Part shown: positions 1 through 13,164 of the stretch, one piece after another
Layout of the letters: the number at the start of each line of letters is the position of its first letter
How positions within the stretch are numbered: the first letter of the stretch is position 1
DNA from: Saprolegnia diclina VS20
Taxonomy: Eukaryota
Reading direction: 5' to 3'
DNA length: 41,697 nucleotides
Assembly: GCF_000281045.1 (NCBI RefSeq)
Contig: NW_008246084.1
Coordinates: 529,769 to 571,465 of the forward strand
Notes under the pieces: model-generated
Told to the model about the DNA's origin: nothing
Databases searched by the model: none
The model's input: the letters and a program-made list of their open reading frames with translations, nothing else
Position numbers and translations under genes: made by a program

Positions 1-849
1 TTTGTCCACGCGTACAACTCGATCCGCGACCGCGTGCATGCGACGCTGCGGTCGCTCTGCAGCGAGTATCGGCTCCAGGGCCTTGCCCCGGAGCACCACG
101 TCCAAGTATACACCACCGGTACGCCATGGAACGTTGACGATTGTTGATGCTACTCGGATCGAGCAGGCCATTCACTCGGTGGCGCCCTCGCGACGATCGC
201 GGCCCTCGACTTGCGCACGCACTTCCATGCGCGCGTCATCATGTACAACTACGGCTCGCCGCGCGTCGGCTGCCACCACTTTGCACAATCGTTCAACCGC
301 GCGGTGCGTTCGGTTAGCGGCTCGTCGATGCTATACTTGCTACCGGTTAGGTGCCTTTGGGGTTCCGCGTCGTGAACGAAGGCGACATCATTTGCGGACT
401 GCCGCAGAGCCTCCAGCCCGAGTGCTGGAGCCGCCGGAAGAAATTCTACAAGCACGTGGGCACCGAAGTCGTGCTCGACGGCCGCATGAACGGCGACTTT
501 CTCATTCGCCCGACGTTTGCCGAGAAGAACCTCGTACGCGCGCACTTGGGATCCTATGCATGCTGAGTCGCGATAGATTGTTGACGTGCGGCGCAAGCCC
601 GCGCGCCATATGCTCAAGAACTACAAGCGCAACTTTGACATGATCATTGCGAGCGTCCTCCGTGACGAGACGAATGGCGATGTGCACTACCAGTCGACCC
701 TCGAGAAGGCTCTGTACGGCGCCTTTGGCAGCGGCAACGTCGACGACAACGACGACAACGAAATCACGATCGACGGGGGCGACCGTGCCTGGTTTGAAAC
801 GAGTCCGCGAAGCACCAACACCAGCTTCGCACGCGCGCCCATGGCCTAA
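1..849 (+). CDS. Class 3 (fungal-type) lipase domain protein, 3' part; starts upstream of the window
   Basis: Splicing introns 119-166, 304-350 and 534-576 (all GT-AG) gives ...VYTTGHSLGGALATIAALDL...MYNYGSPRVG...FRVVNEGDII...RHML. This has the GxSxG nucleophile elbow, the YGxPRVG motif and the RVVNxxD motif of Lipase_3. Stop at 847-849. Confidence 0.9.
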
Positions 850-1213
850 GACCCCTACAACTCGACTAAAGTACTACACAAAGAGTCCGAGTCGGCGAGT
901 CGCTTTGCTTGCAGATGCAGCTTCGATCGATCGACTCGATATTACGAAACTAGTTTTTAGTTTTTTCGGGGCCATAGAACTGTGCATGTACTAGGCACAT
1001 AACCCACGGAGAAGTATAGTCGATCGAGTCGACGATCCAAGATCTTATTGCATTGGGTGTCGCCTCTGTCGACGGTCGCTCGCAGCCCGCGACGTCCACC
1101 CGAGGAATGCAGATCTTTCTATCCGATAGCCAATCAAAACCAGGCGATTTCCATGCGGCGCGATGATTGGTCAACGCCCAAGGCCATTCGATCGTCACAA
1201 CTGAAAAAGCAAC

Positions 1214-2848
<1,635 letters not shown>

Positions 2849-3269
2849 ACGAAATGCACGCAGCTCTTGGTATTACATGGTTGTCGTAGGGTATTAATAT
2901 TAGCAACAGCTGTACAAATCCTACCGAGCACTATCCTACATAGCAGTACGAGATGGCGAGCGCGAGCTCGACATGAATACGGTGGGTCATTCATGCCACC
3001 TTGGTATACAGGGTGCTTCAGCTCGGCTTGTGGTCGGTCGCCATGACTGTCTTGCTGATACAAATAGAGTCTATGCATGCTTTCGAAACTCGGGATTTGG
3101 GTTGATGTCCAATTGTACTATCTGTACTCGAGTACTAGTATGTAGTAGCATCAGAGACCCGTGGCGGCAATGCGAAGAGCAGGGTGCGATGAGGATGCCA
3201 CAAAACGTGGCCAATTGTGGCTATATATGTTGCACGCCATATTTAGTAGAGTGACCGATTCGTCCGGTA

Positions 3270-3770
3270 GTACACCTCACACGATGACGCGGGGTGGCGC
3301 TTTGTGCTCCCCAAAGCGCCTCCTAGGGCTCTGCCAAGTGCGAGCGATTTCGTTGTTGGAGCGTGTTTGGCGATGGAGGCGCATCGGCTGGGCAGCGCAG
3401 CAATTAAAAATGGCAATATATGGCTATTAATGGTGTGTGCCATAAAAAATATTTTAAGGACACATAGCGCCCGCTGTACGCCTCGCACGATGACGCGGGG
3501 TGGCGTTTTGTGCTCTCCGAAGTGCTCTCTGTCATCGTGACAAGTATGGGCGATTTCATTTTTGGATCGCGTTTGGCGATCGATCTGCGGCATGCCTGGA
3601 TGTTAAAAATGGCAATATATGGTTATTCATGGCGTGTACCAAAAATAAATATTGGAGGGTCCATAACTCTCGCTGTACACCTCACACGACGATGCAAAGT
3701 AGCATTTCATGCTCTCCAAAGTCCATTCTACAAGCGTGCAAGCTTTGAGCGCATTCATTTTTCGAACGCA
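3270..3770. repeat. Degenerate tandem repeat, unit about 200-206 bp, about 2.5 copies
   Basis: TAC(A/G)CCTC(A/G)CACGA...G at 3271, 3477 and 3676. TTAAAAATGGCAATATATGG at 3404 and 3603. CGATTTC..T.TTGGA...GTTTGGCGAT is shared by the first two units. Confidence 0.85.
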
Positions 3771-3935
3771 ACTCGGCCTCGACGCTACCTGGCGCAGCGG
3801 TCACGGCACCTGCACCGCACGGGATTGGTTTAAATATAAGGATTTTCAACCAATCACACAAGGATTTCACTGAATGCATGCTCTCGGCTCAGTAGGCGAT
3901 GTACAAGCAGACGAAAATGCTCAACCATTGCAATT

Positions 3936-6900
3936 TTACTTGTTGATTCGCATCCTTGTAGTCGTCGTCTGCCGCTCCTGCTTGAGCTGGTCGAGGAGGC
4001 TCTTGACGAGACCGAGCATGTCCGTGGCCTTGGTGTGCTCCAGTGACGGCGCTGGAAACCACTGGAGACACTGCGTGAGCAAAAAGTACGTGGCAGTGAT
4101 CGACGGCGTCGCGTCACGCTCCATGACCGCGTTGTCTATGCAAATTGAAAAGCCTGTCGCTCTCGAGTTGAAGTCGTACCTGGCGGGAACGGCGGCGATG
4201 ACGAGCACACCCACGTGCACACGTCCGCCGGCATGCGGGTCATCAAAGCCGCGTACTCGGGCCGACTGCGCATGCGTGACAAGACAAGCGCGACGCGCGT
4301 CCGCGCAATGCACCCGAGGCGCCTGCAGATGGCGGGCGACAGCGTGAGCTTCCCGAGGAGCTCTTCGGCGTGGCTGTCGAGGCCGCTCTCATATAAAAAG
4401 ACGGCGTGGTCTTGCTTGATCGCGTCCAACGGCAACTGGAACGACGTTGCGACGTTGAAGCCCACCGCGACATCCGACTGCAGCAGCCGCAGTACAAACT
4501 ACAAGCCTCGTCAGCGAACTGAGTTGGGTCGAGACGTAACCGACCTGGTACCGCGCGGCAGTCAAGGCCGAGGCGTCGGCGGCATCGATCGGCGGTGGCG
4601 TCGTGAGGCCGTCGGGTGCACAGAGCACTTGAGGTGCAGCAAAGAGCTTTTGCAGCGGCAGTGCAGCGTCGGGCACCGCCGAGAACGCGTCCAGCACCGA
4701 AAGCAACTGGCCATGCAGCGTGACGCTGCTCGTGGGCACATTCTCGATGCGCGACAAGCTTTGCGCGAGCGTCGCATGCGTGTACCGCGGCGGCCACGCG
4801 GTGCCAAAGAGGCTCAACACGTCCGTGTCGGCGCCCGTCCATGCAATCGGCTCGACGAGTTGCGGCGTCAACAGCGTCTCGTCGTCCTCATCGAGCTCCC
4901 CTAGAGGCTAATGCAATCACATTTTGTTGGCAACTAGCAAGTACGTGGTGCGGTGGGCTTGTCGACTGCCACGAGATCCAAGAGCTGCCGGACAAGGTGG
5001 AGAAACTGGCGCGCAATCGAAGGTTGCAGGCCCTTGGAGACGCTCCGGCCCGATGCCACTTCAACCCAATACGCCAAGATGGACGCCACGTGCGTCCGGA
5101 CGTACGTTTCCCAGACGTGCGCCACGAGTGCGACCTTGGTCGACAGCGTAGTCACTGCGTCGACCTCGTCGAGTGCGAGCTCCAGGTACGACATTTGAGA
5201 CCGGTCCGTGTTCCAGGCCGAAAAGAGCACGGTGGCCCGGCAGCACGCCAGGGAGTCGGCGTGCTGCAGCTGGCGGAAGCTCTGAAGCACCGATGCAACG
5301 AGGCGCGGCGACGACGCGGCCTCGAGCTGCGCCAGCCATACTGCCATCCACTCTTCGCCGCTGTCGTAACGCACGAGAGGCGCGTCAACCACCTACAAGC
5401 ACGATGCGACCTCGGTCCAACATGGCATGCTCGTACGTCGGGCGCTTGTTGGAGCTGACAGATGGCGATCGCGCGCAGCAGTTCGTCGACCCCCTCGACA
5501 GCGTCCTACGTCAATGTGTCAACGTCAACCCAAACAAAGGCGGCAATGTACGATCGAGAGCTTTCCGGGAAGCCGCAAGAGGCACGTGAGGTACAGGACT
5601 TTATGAAGGCAGCGCTGCAAGACGCGCCAGCGCAGGCCCGCGCCGAGGACGCTAATCTGCCCGAGCGTCGCCTCTTGCAGCGCATGGGCGTGCGCCCGTG
5701 TCCCGACGTCCAAGTGGTTGGTGAGCACGTAGACATGCACAAGCTTGTCGCTCTTGCGACACGCGTCAAACACACTGCGCAGCGGCGGGGAGAGCTCTAC
5801 GAGTCGGCTAAGTCGTCGCTCGCCATCTGGGAGACGCGCACCGGGCAGTGTAAACGCATCGCTGTCCTCGAGCACGTGCGGGTACGAGCTGGCGTGGATC
5901 CAAGGCTCGAGCCAGCGCTGCAGCGGCGACGACGCGGTCGTGCCCGTCATCGCGAGGACTTGATCCACCGGCAGACGAAAGAACCAGTCGAGAAACATCT
6001 GCGTGTACAGCGCCACGTCGCTCGTGCTGAGGCGCAGCGCCGCGTGAATGGCCACAACGTTCTATTGGTAAACTCTATCAACGGGATTGGAGCGCGTAGA
6101 CCGTACCGTGACAGCAAAGACTGTCGTCTCGAGCGGGCCAAAGCAAAACGTGAGCCAGGCGTTGCGGTTCGCCGTCACGTTGGCGGCCACGAGCAGAGGA
6201 CGCGCCACGAGCATGTGCATCTGGTCGAGGCAGTCGCCAAAGCTCAGTTCGCCACGAAATTTGCGCTGCAGCAGCAGGTACAGACTGCGCGTGGTCTCGG
6301 GCGTCGCGCTCGTGGGTCGCAGCGGCGGTGCGAAGCAGCCGAGAAACGCAAGACACGAGAGCACCGGGGGATCGGATGTCGGAAGCGGCGACGGCGTCGA
6401 CGTTCGGGCGCGTGCGAGGACCGTCTGCCACTGTTCGAGGGTCGTCCGCACCGGGTCTTCGTCAAAGAGGGACGGCGCCGATCGTTTGGCGGTTGCCTCG
6501 TCGCGCAGCTGCACGTACGCCTGGAGAATGTGCTGCTGCCATTCGAGGAGGAAGACCGCGCGCAGCTGCTCCAAGGACGGGTCGGCGCCGAGCACCACTG
6601 TGCGCGCCACCTACAATCGTTGGGCTATGCGACACGTCAAGTGACGCGTACCGACACGAGGGCATCAAGCGCATCGCTGTGAAAGTCGCCACCAAGATGC
6701 ACCATCGTCGGTGCATGCAACGCGTCCACAACCGCTTCAATGCCGGCACCGGTCGTGAGCTGCGGGATCTGGGCGAGGATCCCCGACGTTGTCTCGCGTG
6801 GGACTGGCGCCGGGACCTCTCGAAGCGCGTGGAGACTGTCGAGCAGTTGGTGCAGATGAAACACCTCTTCTTGCCGGAGATCCTACGTCCATACTCTGTG

Positions 6901-8173
6901 CCATCGAGTCGAAGAAGATGCTACCGACCATGCTAAAGTATTTGAGAATCGCCATCTTGCTCGCCGCGTCCAAGTCGACGGCCTGGACGCGCGACGTGCC
7001 AGGCTCGGTCTCGAGGACGAGTACGCACGACGCGTGCGTGGGCGAGGTCGCGAGCGTGCACAGCTGCAGCTTGGCGTGCACACCCACGGGCACACAGAGC
7101 ACGCGCGGGCCGTGTCGGGCGCGCCACACTTCGACAAAGCCCCGTCGCGCCGAGTAGAAGACCATGTAGAGCCCTGGCACGTCCGACTTGGCGTCCATTG
7201 TCATCCAGCCCACCTGCGCATCGCGGTACCTACGTCAAGGTACGGAGTCTGCGTTTCAAAGTGGGACTGACCCTTTCCAGAGCCGCACGAGCAGCATGGT
7301 TGACGTGTCGAGAAGCAGGATGCGACCGAGCGAGTCGGGCACGAGCGCGAGGCGGCCGTGGGGAGAGAGGACGGCGGCGCGCGCCTTTTGCCGCAGCGTG
7401 TTGGGGAGCCCGAGCTCGGACGCAACGTCGAGCGGTGTCGGTGCGACGTCATTGGCACTCGATGGCGTCTTCTCGGCCGACCAGCCCCAGCTCTTGGCGA
7501 GCGACCAGACCGCGCCTGCCGCCCGCGTGGCCACGGCCGACGCAATGTGGGCAATGTGCAAGATCGATGACGCGTCGTTGCCGGCGTGGTAAAACCCAAT
7601 GATGGGGTCGCACCCGACAGCAAGCGCGTTCTGGAGGCCGACGCGTGCATGCACTTGGAAGAGCGACGGCCGCGTCTCGGTGCATGGCAGCACGGCGAGG
7701 ATCTCGGTCTGACCATGCAGCGCGTACTTGCGCCAGGAGCGCTTTGGCGTCGGGTCCGACTCCCACTCGATGATCGCAAGCGTCTTGTCGTCGTAGAGAA
7801 CCCAAAGCTCCTTGGCGGTGCTGTGCCGATGGGTCCATTCAAGGCGCAGGATCGGCGCAGGATGGCAATGGAGCGCGAAGAGCTCGACACCCGACTGCCC
7901 AAAGACGCGGACAAAGCCATTATCAAACCCAAGGGCTACGTCATAAGTACCGGCCGACGACTTGAGGCGGCTAAAGCGGGCGACGGAGGCGGTCGGCGCC
8001 GATGCCACGAGCATGAGCCCATCGAGATCGTCCGCCGATGGCGTGAGAACGATATGCTCCTGCTGCGGTCCATGAAGCACCTGCATGTTGTCTTCTAGCG
8101 CGCAGGCCCATAGGTCGGGCGAGACGTCCAAGACGGAGGCGGCCGCGCATGGGAAGCCGCCGAGGTCCCGCAT
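3936..8173 (-). CDS. RAB3GAP2: Rab3 GTPase-activating protein non-catalytic subunit (multi-exon)
   Basis: The N-terminal exon ends ...DSLGRILLLDTSTMLLVRLWKG and, across an intron of about 7230-7271, continues YRDAQVGW...YSARRGFVEVW..RHGPRV, the hallmark RAB3GAP2 N-domain motifs. A chain of minus-strand ORFs separated by ~45-nt introns continues to ...LVKSLLDQLKQERQTTTTRMRINK* at 3936. Internal exon borders are approximate. Confidence 0.88.
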
Positions 8174-8742
8174 GCTGCAGTCAAAGGGTTTCTCGGATTG
8201 TTCTGTCGCCAGAAGAAGGAAATGTCCTGGAATCAGATTCGATTAAATTCGGCATCATCATCGTCCCAAATTCGACATCGTACCTTGGTCATCATTACCT
8301 TCCCCCCTCCCACGCCATGACGGTCTGGGGTGCTACCTGGTGAAGCATCGCGGATTCAATGGAGGACGCATAGGTGCTATTGCCGTGTTGAAGTCAGCGT
8401 CGAGCCATCATGTGCCCTTGCAATCGAGGACAAACAGAACCTCTTAAATTCGGCATCGGAACCAAGCGCTTCGGCTCGCTCGTCGTACAGGGGCGGATGG
8501 TACCACCTGATAGAGAGCGTAAACCAGCGAGCTTTTGTGGCGGTACCATGCATGCGAACATCGTATACCACGGCAAGACACATATGCGCACGCATGACCA
8601 GTCCCCAAGCAGGGGTAAATAATATAATAAATAATAGCTGTTATTCACCCGCCGTTGCCGGTTTTAAAAATGGCATCTGCCACCGCGAGAAGCTAACAGC
8701 GCAAAAACAAGGACATATCCTAATCGACGTCAAGATCCGGCG

Positions 8743-9547
8743 ATGCCAGCACTGCACGAACTGAGCACCCTCGATCCGAGCCTGACGTACGCGCGCGAGC
8801 GACGCTTTCACTTTGCAGCCGCGGGCAGCGTCGTCATCCTCCAGGACATTGCGCATGTCGGTGGCACGGTACGTCAGGGCGATGACAGGCTACGGCAGCT
8901 CACATGCCATAGGTCTGGGATGCGGGCGTCGTCCTGAGCCACTACCTCGATACGCTTGGTTCGATGTACGCAGCGCTCTAGCGACGCCGACTCATGCATT
9001 GCTTCTAGCGCGATGAAAGGCAAGCGCCTGGTCGAGCTCGGCGCGGGCACCGCCCTGCCAAGTACGTCGTCGTCAGCGACTCCGTTTTGCCCACCAACGT
9101 GACCTAGGCATCATCGCAGCGCGCCTTGGCGCTGACGTCGTCGCTACCGACATGAGTGACGTCCTGCCATACACGAATGCTGCGATTGCTACCAACACGA
9201 CCCAGTGCGATACGATTCAAGCGGTCGAGCTCGTGTGGGGGCGACACGGCGCGGGCCTCAAGGCCGTCGCAAACCGCGCGTGCGACTACGTTGTCGCAGC
9301 CGACGTCGTGTACAACGACATGTACTTTGACGCGCTTCAAGAGACACTCCGCGCGCTCGCTTCGCCAGCGACGCGCATCCTCATCTGCTTTGAGCAGCGG
9401 CGGCGCGACCTCGGGGCCTTCTGGGCCTCCTGTGCCCCGACCTTCATGGTCGCCCGCCTCTCGTCGCCGCTTTTAGACGCCTGCCACACTGAAGCAAAGA
9501 TACAACTCTACGAGCTCCGTCGCCGCGACGATCCTGCCACCATCTAA
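8743..9547 (+). CDS. Methyltransf_16 family (METTL21-like) protein lysine methyltransferase
   Basis: Three short introns (first 8869-8912) join VGGT-VWDAGVVLSHYL...KGKRLVELGAGTALPSIIAARLGADVVATD...ELVWG...DYVVAADVVY. These are the family motifs (GxxVW, ELGAG, LxWG, DxxY). Confidence 0.88.
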
Positions 9548-10124
9548 GCAAAAGCGTTCGTGTGTATTTGCTTGTTGGTGCCTGGGAAGAGCCCCTCGTG
9601 TTGGGTCGATGGCAGTCCTCGAAAGCGTTTGCATCGCCGAGACGCCGCCCTCAAGGGCTTTGGTCTTGACACCTCCGAGACGTCACTACGTATCACGATG
9701 ACTGCACTGTCTGTCAGATAGTATGACGGCAGACGTCCAGGCGTGGGCTTGGCAAGCAGCACCGACCGTACACGAAGCCAGGTGGGCCACAGAGATAGCC
9801 ACTAACGTTGTCCACCAGAAGCCTCGAGCAGCTCTCACGCCTCATAGAACCTCGGCAGGTGTCCGACAGGCGCGTTCTCGTTGTTGCTGGTCGACTACGG
9901 TGGTGAGACTGCGCTGTTGTTAACCGAATATGAGTGTACGTACGCTTGCCATCGTCCTTCTCGTGCTATTTGTTGGTCGAGTTTGCTGGATCCTGTCGGT
10001 GCGATCACAAGATGCTCTTGCGTCTCGTCTTGCCACGTCAATTCGGCATGTGCCGAAATGAAATTTGGGCTGGCCCCGGGGGGGGGCCTCTTTTTTACAA
10101 ACCAAACAAACAGTGGCGTGGACG

Positions 10125-11597
10125 ATGAGCTCGCTGGCCGATTCGTTCCTCGAAGATCTCGACGAGCTCAGTGGCAGCAGTAGCGAGAGCGACCACCATG
10201 ACGACGACGACATGGGCGTCGAGGGCGATGACGGCGCGGATGCAGCTGAAACCGCGAAGAAGGAGGCCGACGTCGACGCGATCCTGCGCGCGGCCGCCAA
10301 CTCGGGCCAAGGCCTCGCCGCCGTGGCCCAGCTGCGCAAGAAGGCTTCGTACGGCGAGCATATCAAGTCTGTGGACGCGTACTTGGTCCAGGGCACGTCG
10401 CAGGCCACGCACGCGCTCGACGGCGCCGAGTACCAGCTCATTGTCGCGTCCAACGACCTCATGGTGCGCATCGACGACGAGATCATCGTCGTCCATCGCT
10501 TCCTCATTGAGCTGTATGGCAAGAAGTTCCCGGGCCTCGAGACGCTCGTGCCTGCGCCCTTGGACTACGCACGCGTCGCGTCGCGCATTGCGAACGAGAC
10601 GGACATGACGCTCGTCGACATCACCGACCTCGTGCCGAGCGCGACCGTCATGAGCATCCAGCTCACGGGGTCGTCCGGCAAAGGCGTCCTTCTCTCGCCC
10701 GAGGACCTGCAGATGCTGCATGACACGTGCAACGAGATCATATCACTCGACAGCGACAAGGCCAAGATCCTCCAGTTTGTCGAGAGCCGCATGCACTTTT
10801 TAGCGCCCAACCTCTCGGCGCTCATCGGCACGCGCATCACCGCGCAGCTCATTGGTATCGCGGGTGGCATTGACGAGCTCAGCCGCATTCCGTCCTGCAA
10901 CATCCAAGTGCTCGGCCAGCAAAAGCGTGTGCTCGCCGGCTTTTCGAGCATCTCGACGCTGCGCCACACGGGTATCCTCTTTGGGTGCGAGCTCATCCAG
11001 ACGCTCCCGCCCGACCTCCGCAAGAAGGCAAACCGCGTAGTCGCTGGCAAAGTTGCGCTCGCCGCGCGCGTCGACAGCCAGCCGCACCGCACGTCGAGCT
11101 GCGGCCAGCAGTTTTACGTCGACCTGCTCGACAAGTTTGAAAAGTGGCAGGCGCCCAACAAGGCAAAGACCAAGAAGGCGCTGCCGCGCCCGGACGAAAA
11201 GCCGCGGCGAAAGCGTGGCGGGAAGCGCTACCGCAAGATGAAGGAGCGCACGCAGATGACCGACGTCCGGCGCGAAGTCAACCGGCAAAACTTTGGCGCT
11301 GCCAACGACGAGTATGGTGACAATGCGATGGGGATCACGTCCGGACGGCTCGGCGCCGAAGGCAGCGGCACGCTCCGCGTCATCAAGAAGGCCCAGAAGC
11401 AGACGAAGCTCAAGCTCAAGGCCGCCACGTACACCAACAAGCACACGTCGGGCCTCGCCTCGAGCCTCGCGTTCACGCCGGTCCAGGGCATTGAGCTCAT
11501 GAACCCGTCGGCCGCCGCGGACCGCGTGCGCGAAGCCAACAAAAAGTACTTTGGCGCCACCAACGGCTTTGTCTCGACGATCACGCCGCAACCCTAA
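10125..11597 (+). CDS. PRP31: U4/U6.U5 tri-snRNP protein Prp31 (Nop domain + Prp31_C), intronless
   Basis: MSSLADSFLEDLDEL start, YGKKFPGLETLV, ESRMHFLAPNLSALIG, IPSCNIQVLG, KVALAARVD, RRKRGGKRYRKMKER, SGLASSLAFTPVQGIEL. Confidence 0.96.
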   Translation: MSSLADSFLEDLDELSGSSSESDHHDDDDMGVEGDDGADAAETAKKEADVDAILRAAANSGQGLAAVAQLRKKASYGEHIKSVDAYLVQGTSQATHALDGAEYQLIVASNDLMVRIDDEIIVVHRFLIELYGKKFPGLETLVPAPLDYARVASRIANETDMTLVDITDLVPSATVMSIQLTGSSGKGVLLSPEDLQMLHDTCNEIISLDSDKAKILQFVESRMHFLAPNLSALIGTRITAQLIGIAGGIDELSRIPSCNIQVLGQQKRVLAGFSSISTLRHTGILFGCELIQTLPPDLRKKANRVVAGKVALAARVDSQPHRTSSCGQQFYVDLLDKFEKWQAPNKAKTKKALPRPDEKPRRKRGGKRYRKMKERTQMTDVRREVNRQNFGAANDEYGDNAMGITSGRLGAEGSGTLRVIKKAQKQTKLKLKAATYTNKHTSGLASSLAFTPVQGIELMNPSAAADRVREANKKYFGATNGFVSTITPQP

Positions 11598-11833
11598 GTG
11601 TACCCTAACCCGACTACTTGGCCTTGCATGTGGTGTTGGCGAGCAAGGAAGCGTTCATTCTTCAGGACGGACGAGCTATTATCAGCAAATAAGAAATGGG
11701 ATGTACGAGCAGCACAGGATACAACATAACCGCGTTGGTATATTGGAGGACCAGCCCAGGTCCGTGGCGCAAAGCTATGTAACCTTCAACATGTCAACAC
11801 ATAGTGTCAAGTCCCTACAGTTATAGCAGTAGA

Positions 11834-11869
11834 GACTTGATACTTTGTGTTGACTTGATACTTTGTGTT
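11834..11869. repeat. Perfect 18-bp tandem duplication GACTTGATACTTTGTGTT x2
   Basis: Read directly in the intergenic DNA between PRP31 and the 2OG oxygenase. Confidence 0.9.
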
Positions 11870-12091
11870 GGGATGAATCGAACGAACATCGATGTGAGCA
11901 AAGGCCCCCAAACTTGATCGTCTTCACTCGCAAAGTTGAGCATGGCCAGCAAGCGTGGTGCAGGGCGAGGCCGCTGAAGTTGACGTCGGGTGGACGCATG
12001 TCCGAGCCTTGCGTCGTTGTTTGCGAGTCGAGAGAAGCGACGTCGACTTTGACAAGCTGGACAACAGGTCCTTCATCATTGCTCAAGTTGC

Positions 12092-13027
12092 TTATGGAAA
12101 GAAGTTGGCGTACTTTTGCTCGTAAATGACGCAGTAGCGCGGAACGTTCATCGTCGACTCGTAGCGGGTGACGCGGTGGAGCGTCCCGGGCACGCGGTCC
12201 TGGGTGGCGCGGGCGAGCGCCTTCCCACAGAAGAGCACGAGCTCCTCGTGCGGCACGCAGACGTCTTCGGCGCAGAGCCAGCGCTGCGACGCTTGGTCAA
12301 ACACATCGAGGCCACGCACGTCTGTGACCGGCTCGATCACAAAGAGGCTGGGGTCGACGTGCTCAAAGACGTTTTCGCCGTCCGACTGGCCGGTCCCTTC
12401 CTTGTTGGGGTAGTGCAAGCCGTAGCAAACAGAGAGATCTTGGCCTTCGTCCTTGCGCTGGACGCGGTACCCGAGCGTCAGCGAGAGACTCTGGTCGCAA
12501 ATGGCTTGACACTTTTGAATCTATAGCCAAAACTGTCAAAACCAAGTAGCGTGTCATAGGTCGACCATCGCAAGCCACGTCGACTCGAACGCCGGCGATG
12601 GCCACAGAAGCCGCGACATGTCGCCCGTGTGCACGCGAAAGCACTCGCGGACGCGCGATCGCTCGTAGCCAGCGTACCACATGGGCGTCTTCGTCTCGTT
12701 GCGGTAGATGTACGACGACGTACAAGCATCTTTCGCCGCATCCTCGCGCTCAAAGAACGCTTGCATCTCGCTCCGGAGATCCAGATACATGTCCTTGAGC
12801 TTCCCAATGTCGGTGAGCACGATGAACGAGTGCTTCTCCATGAGTGCATTGAACGTTGCCTTGTTGGCCCACGTCAAATCGCGGAGCTTCATGCGCGGGA
12901 CGCCGTCGGTCGCCGCTGGTGCAGGGCTCGAGGCCGCGGCTGCAGGCGTCGAGGTCTCGGCGGTCGGCGGCAGCGCCGCTTGGCCGGTCACAGCGAGGAC
13001 GTAGTACTGGTACGCGTGCGTGGTCAT
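12092..13027 (-). CDS. 2-oxoglutarate/Fe(II)-dependent dioxygenase (IPNS/DIOX-like)
   Basis: One intron (about 12522-12565) joins ...TWLAM to IQKCQAICD...YGLHYP...EHVDPSLFVI...GLDVFD...LVLFCGKAL...GTLHRV...RYCVIY. This gives the HxD...H iron triad and the distal Arg. Confidence 0.82.
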
Positions 13028-13164
13028 CGGCCGAGTGCAAAATTATGCAACCTGGCGGGAAATGCATGTGAAAACCACCGTGGTTTATTCCGCAGATATG
13101 TGTGAAACGTGGGTTTTCAGCATTTGCCACCGAAAGGATTCGATTTCTGCTCCAATCGATCAAG
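13028..13164. promoter_or_regulatory. Probable bidirectional promoter (137 bp between divergent start codons)
   Basis: Head-to-head ATGs at 13027(-) and 13165(+). AT-richer than the flanking CDSs. No specific site was proven. Confidence 0.55.

Noticed and set aside
3270..3770. Possible CRISPR-like array
   Set aside because: The whole ~200-bp units are homologous, with no short repeat/unique spacer structure. The context is eukaryotic and there are no cas genes.
5462..6682. 406-aa plus-strand ORF, and similar long antisense ORFs (16255-17400, 17612-18823, 10800-11591)
   Set aside because: These are shadow ORFs opposite GC3-rich real genes (RAB3GAP2, RanGAP, PRP31) and have no motifs.
8174..8742. 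Short ORFs between RAB3GAP2 and the methyltransferase
   Set aside because: No codon bias or motifs. More simply read as a divergent promoter region.
11775..12086. Minus-strand ORF with an ankyrin-like DVN..G.ALHHAC string
   Set aside because: It has a non-ATG start immediately after the 2OG gene stop, a single weak motif, and runs into a tandem duplication. Probably chance or 3' UTR.
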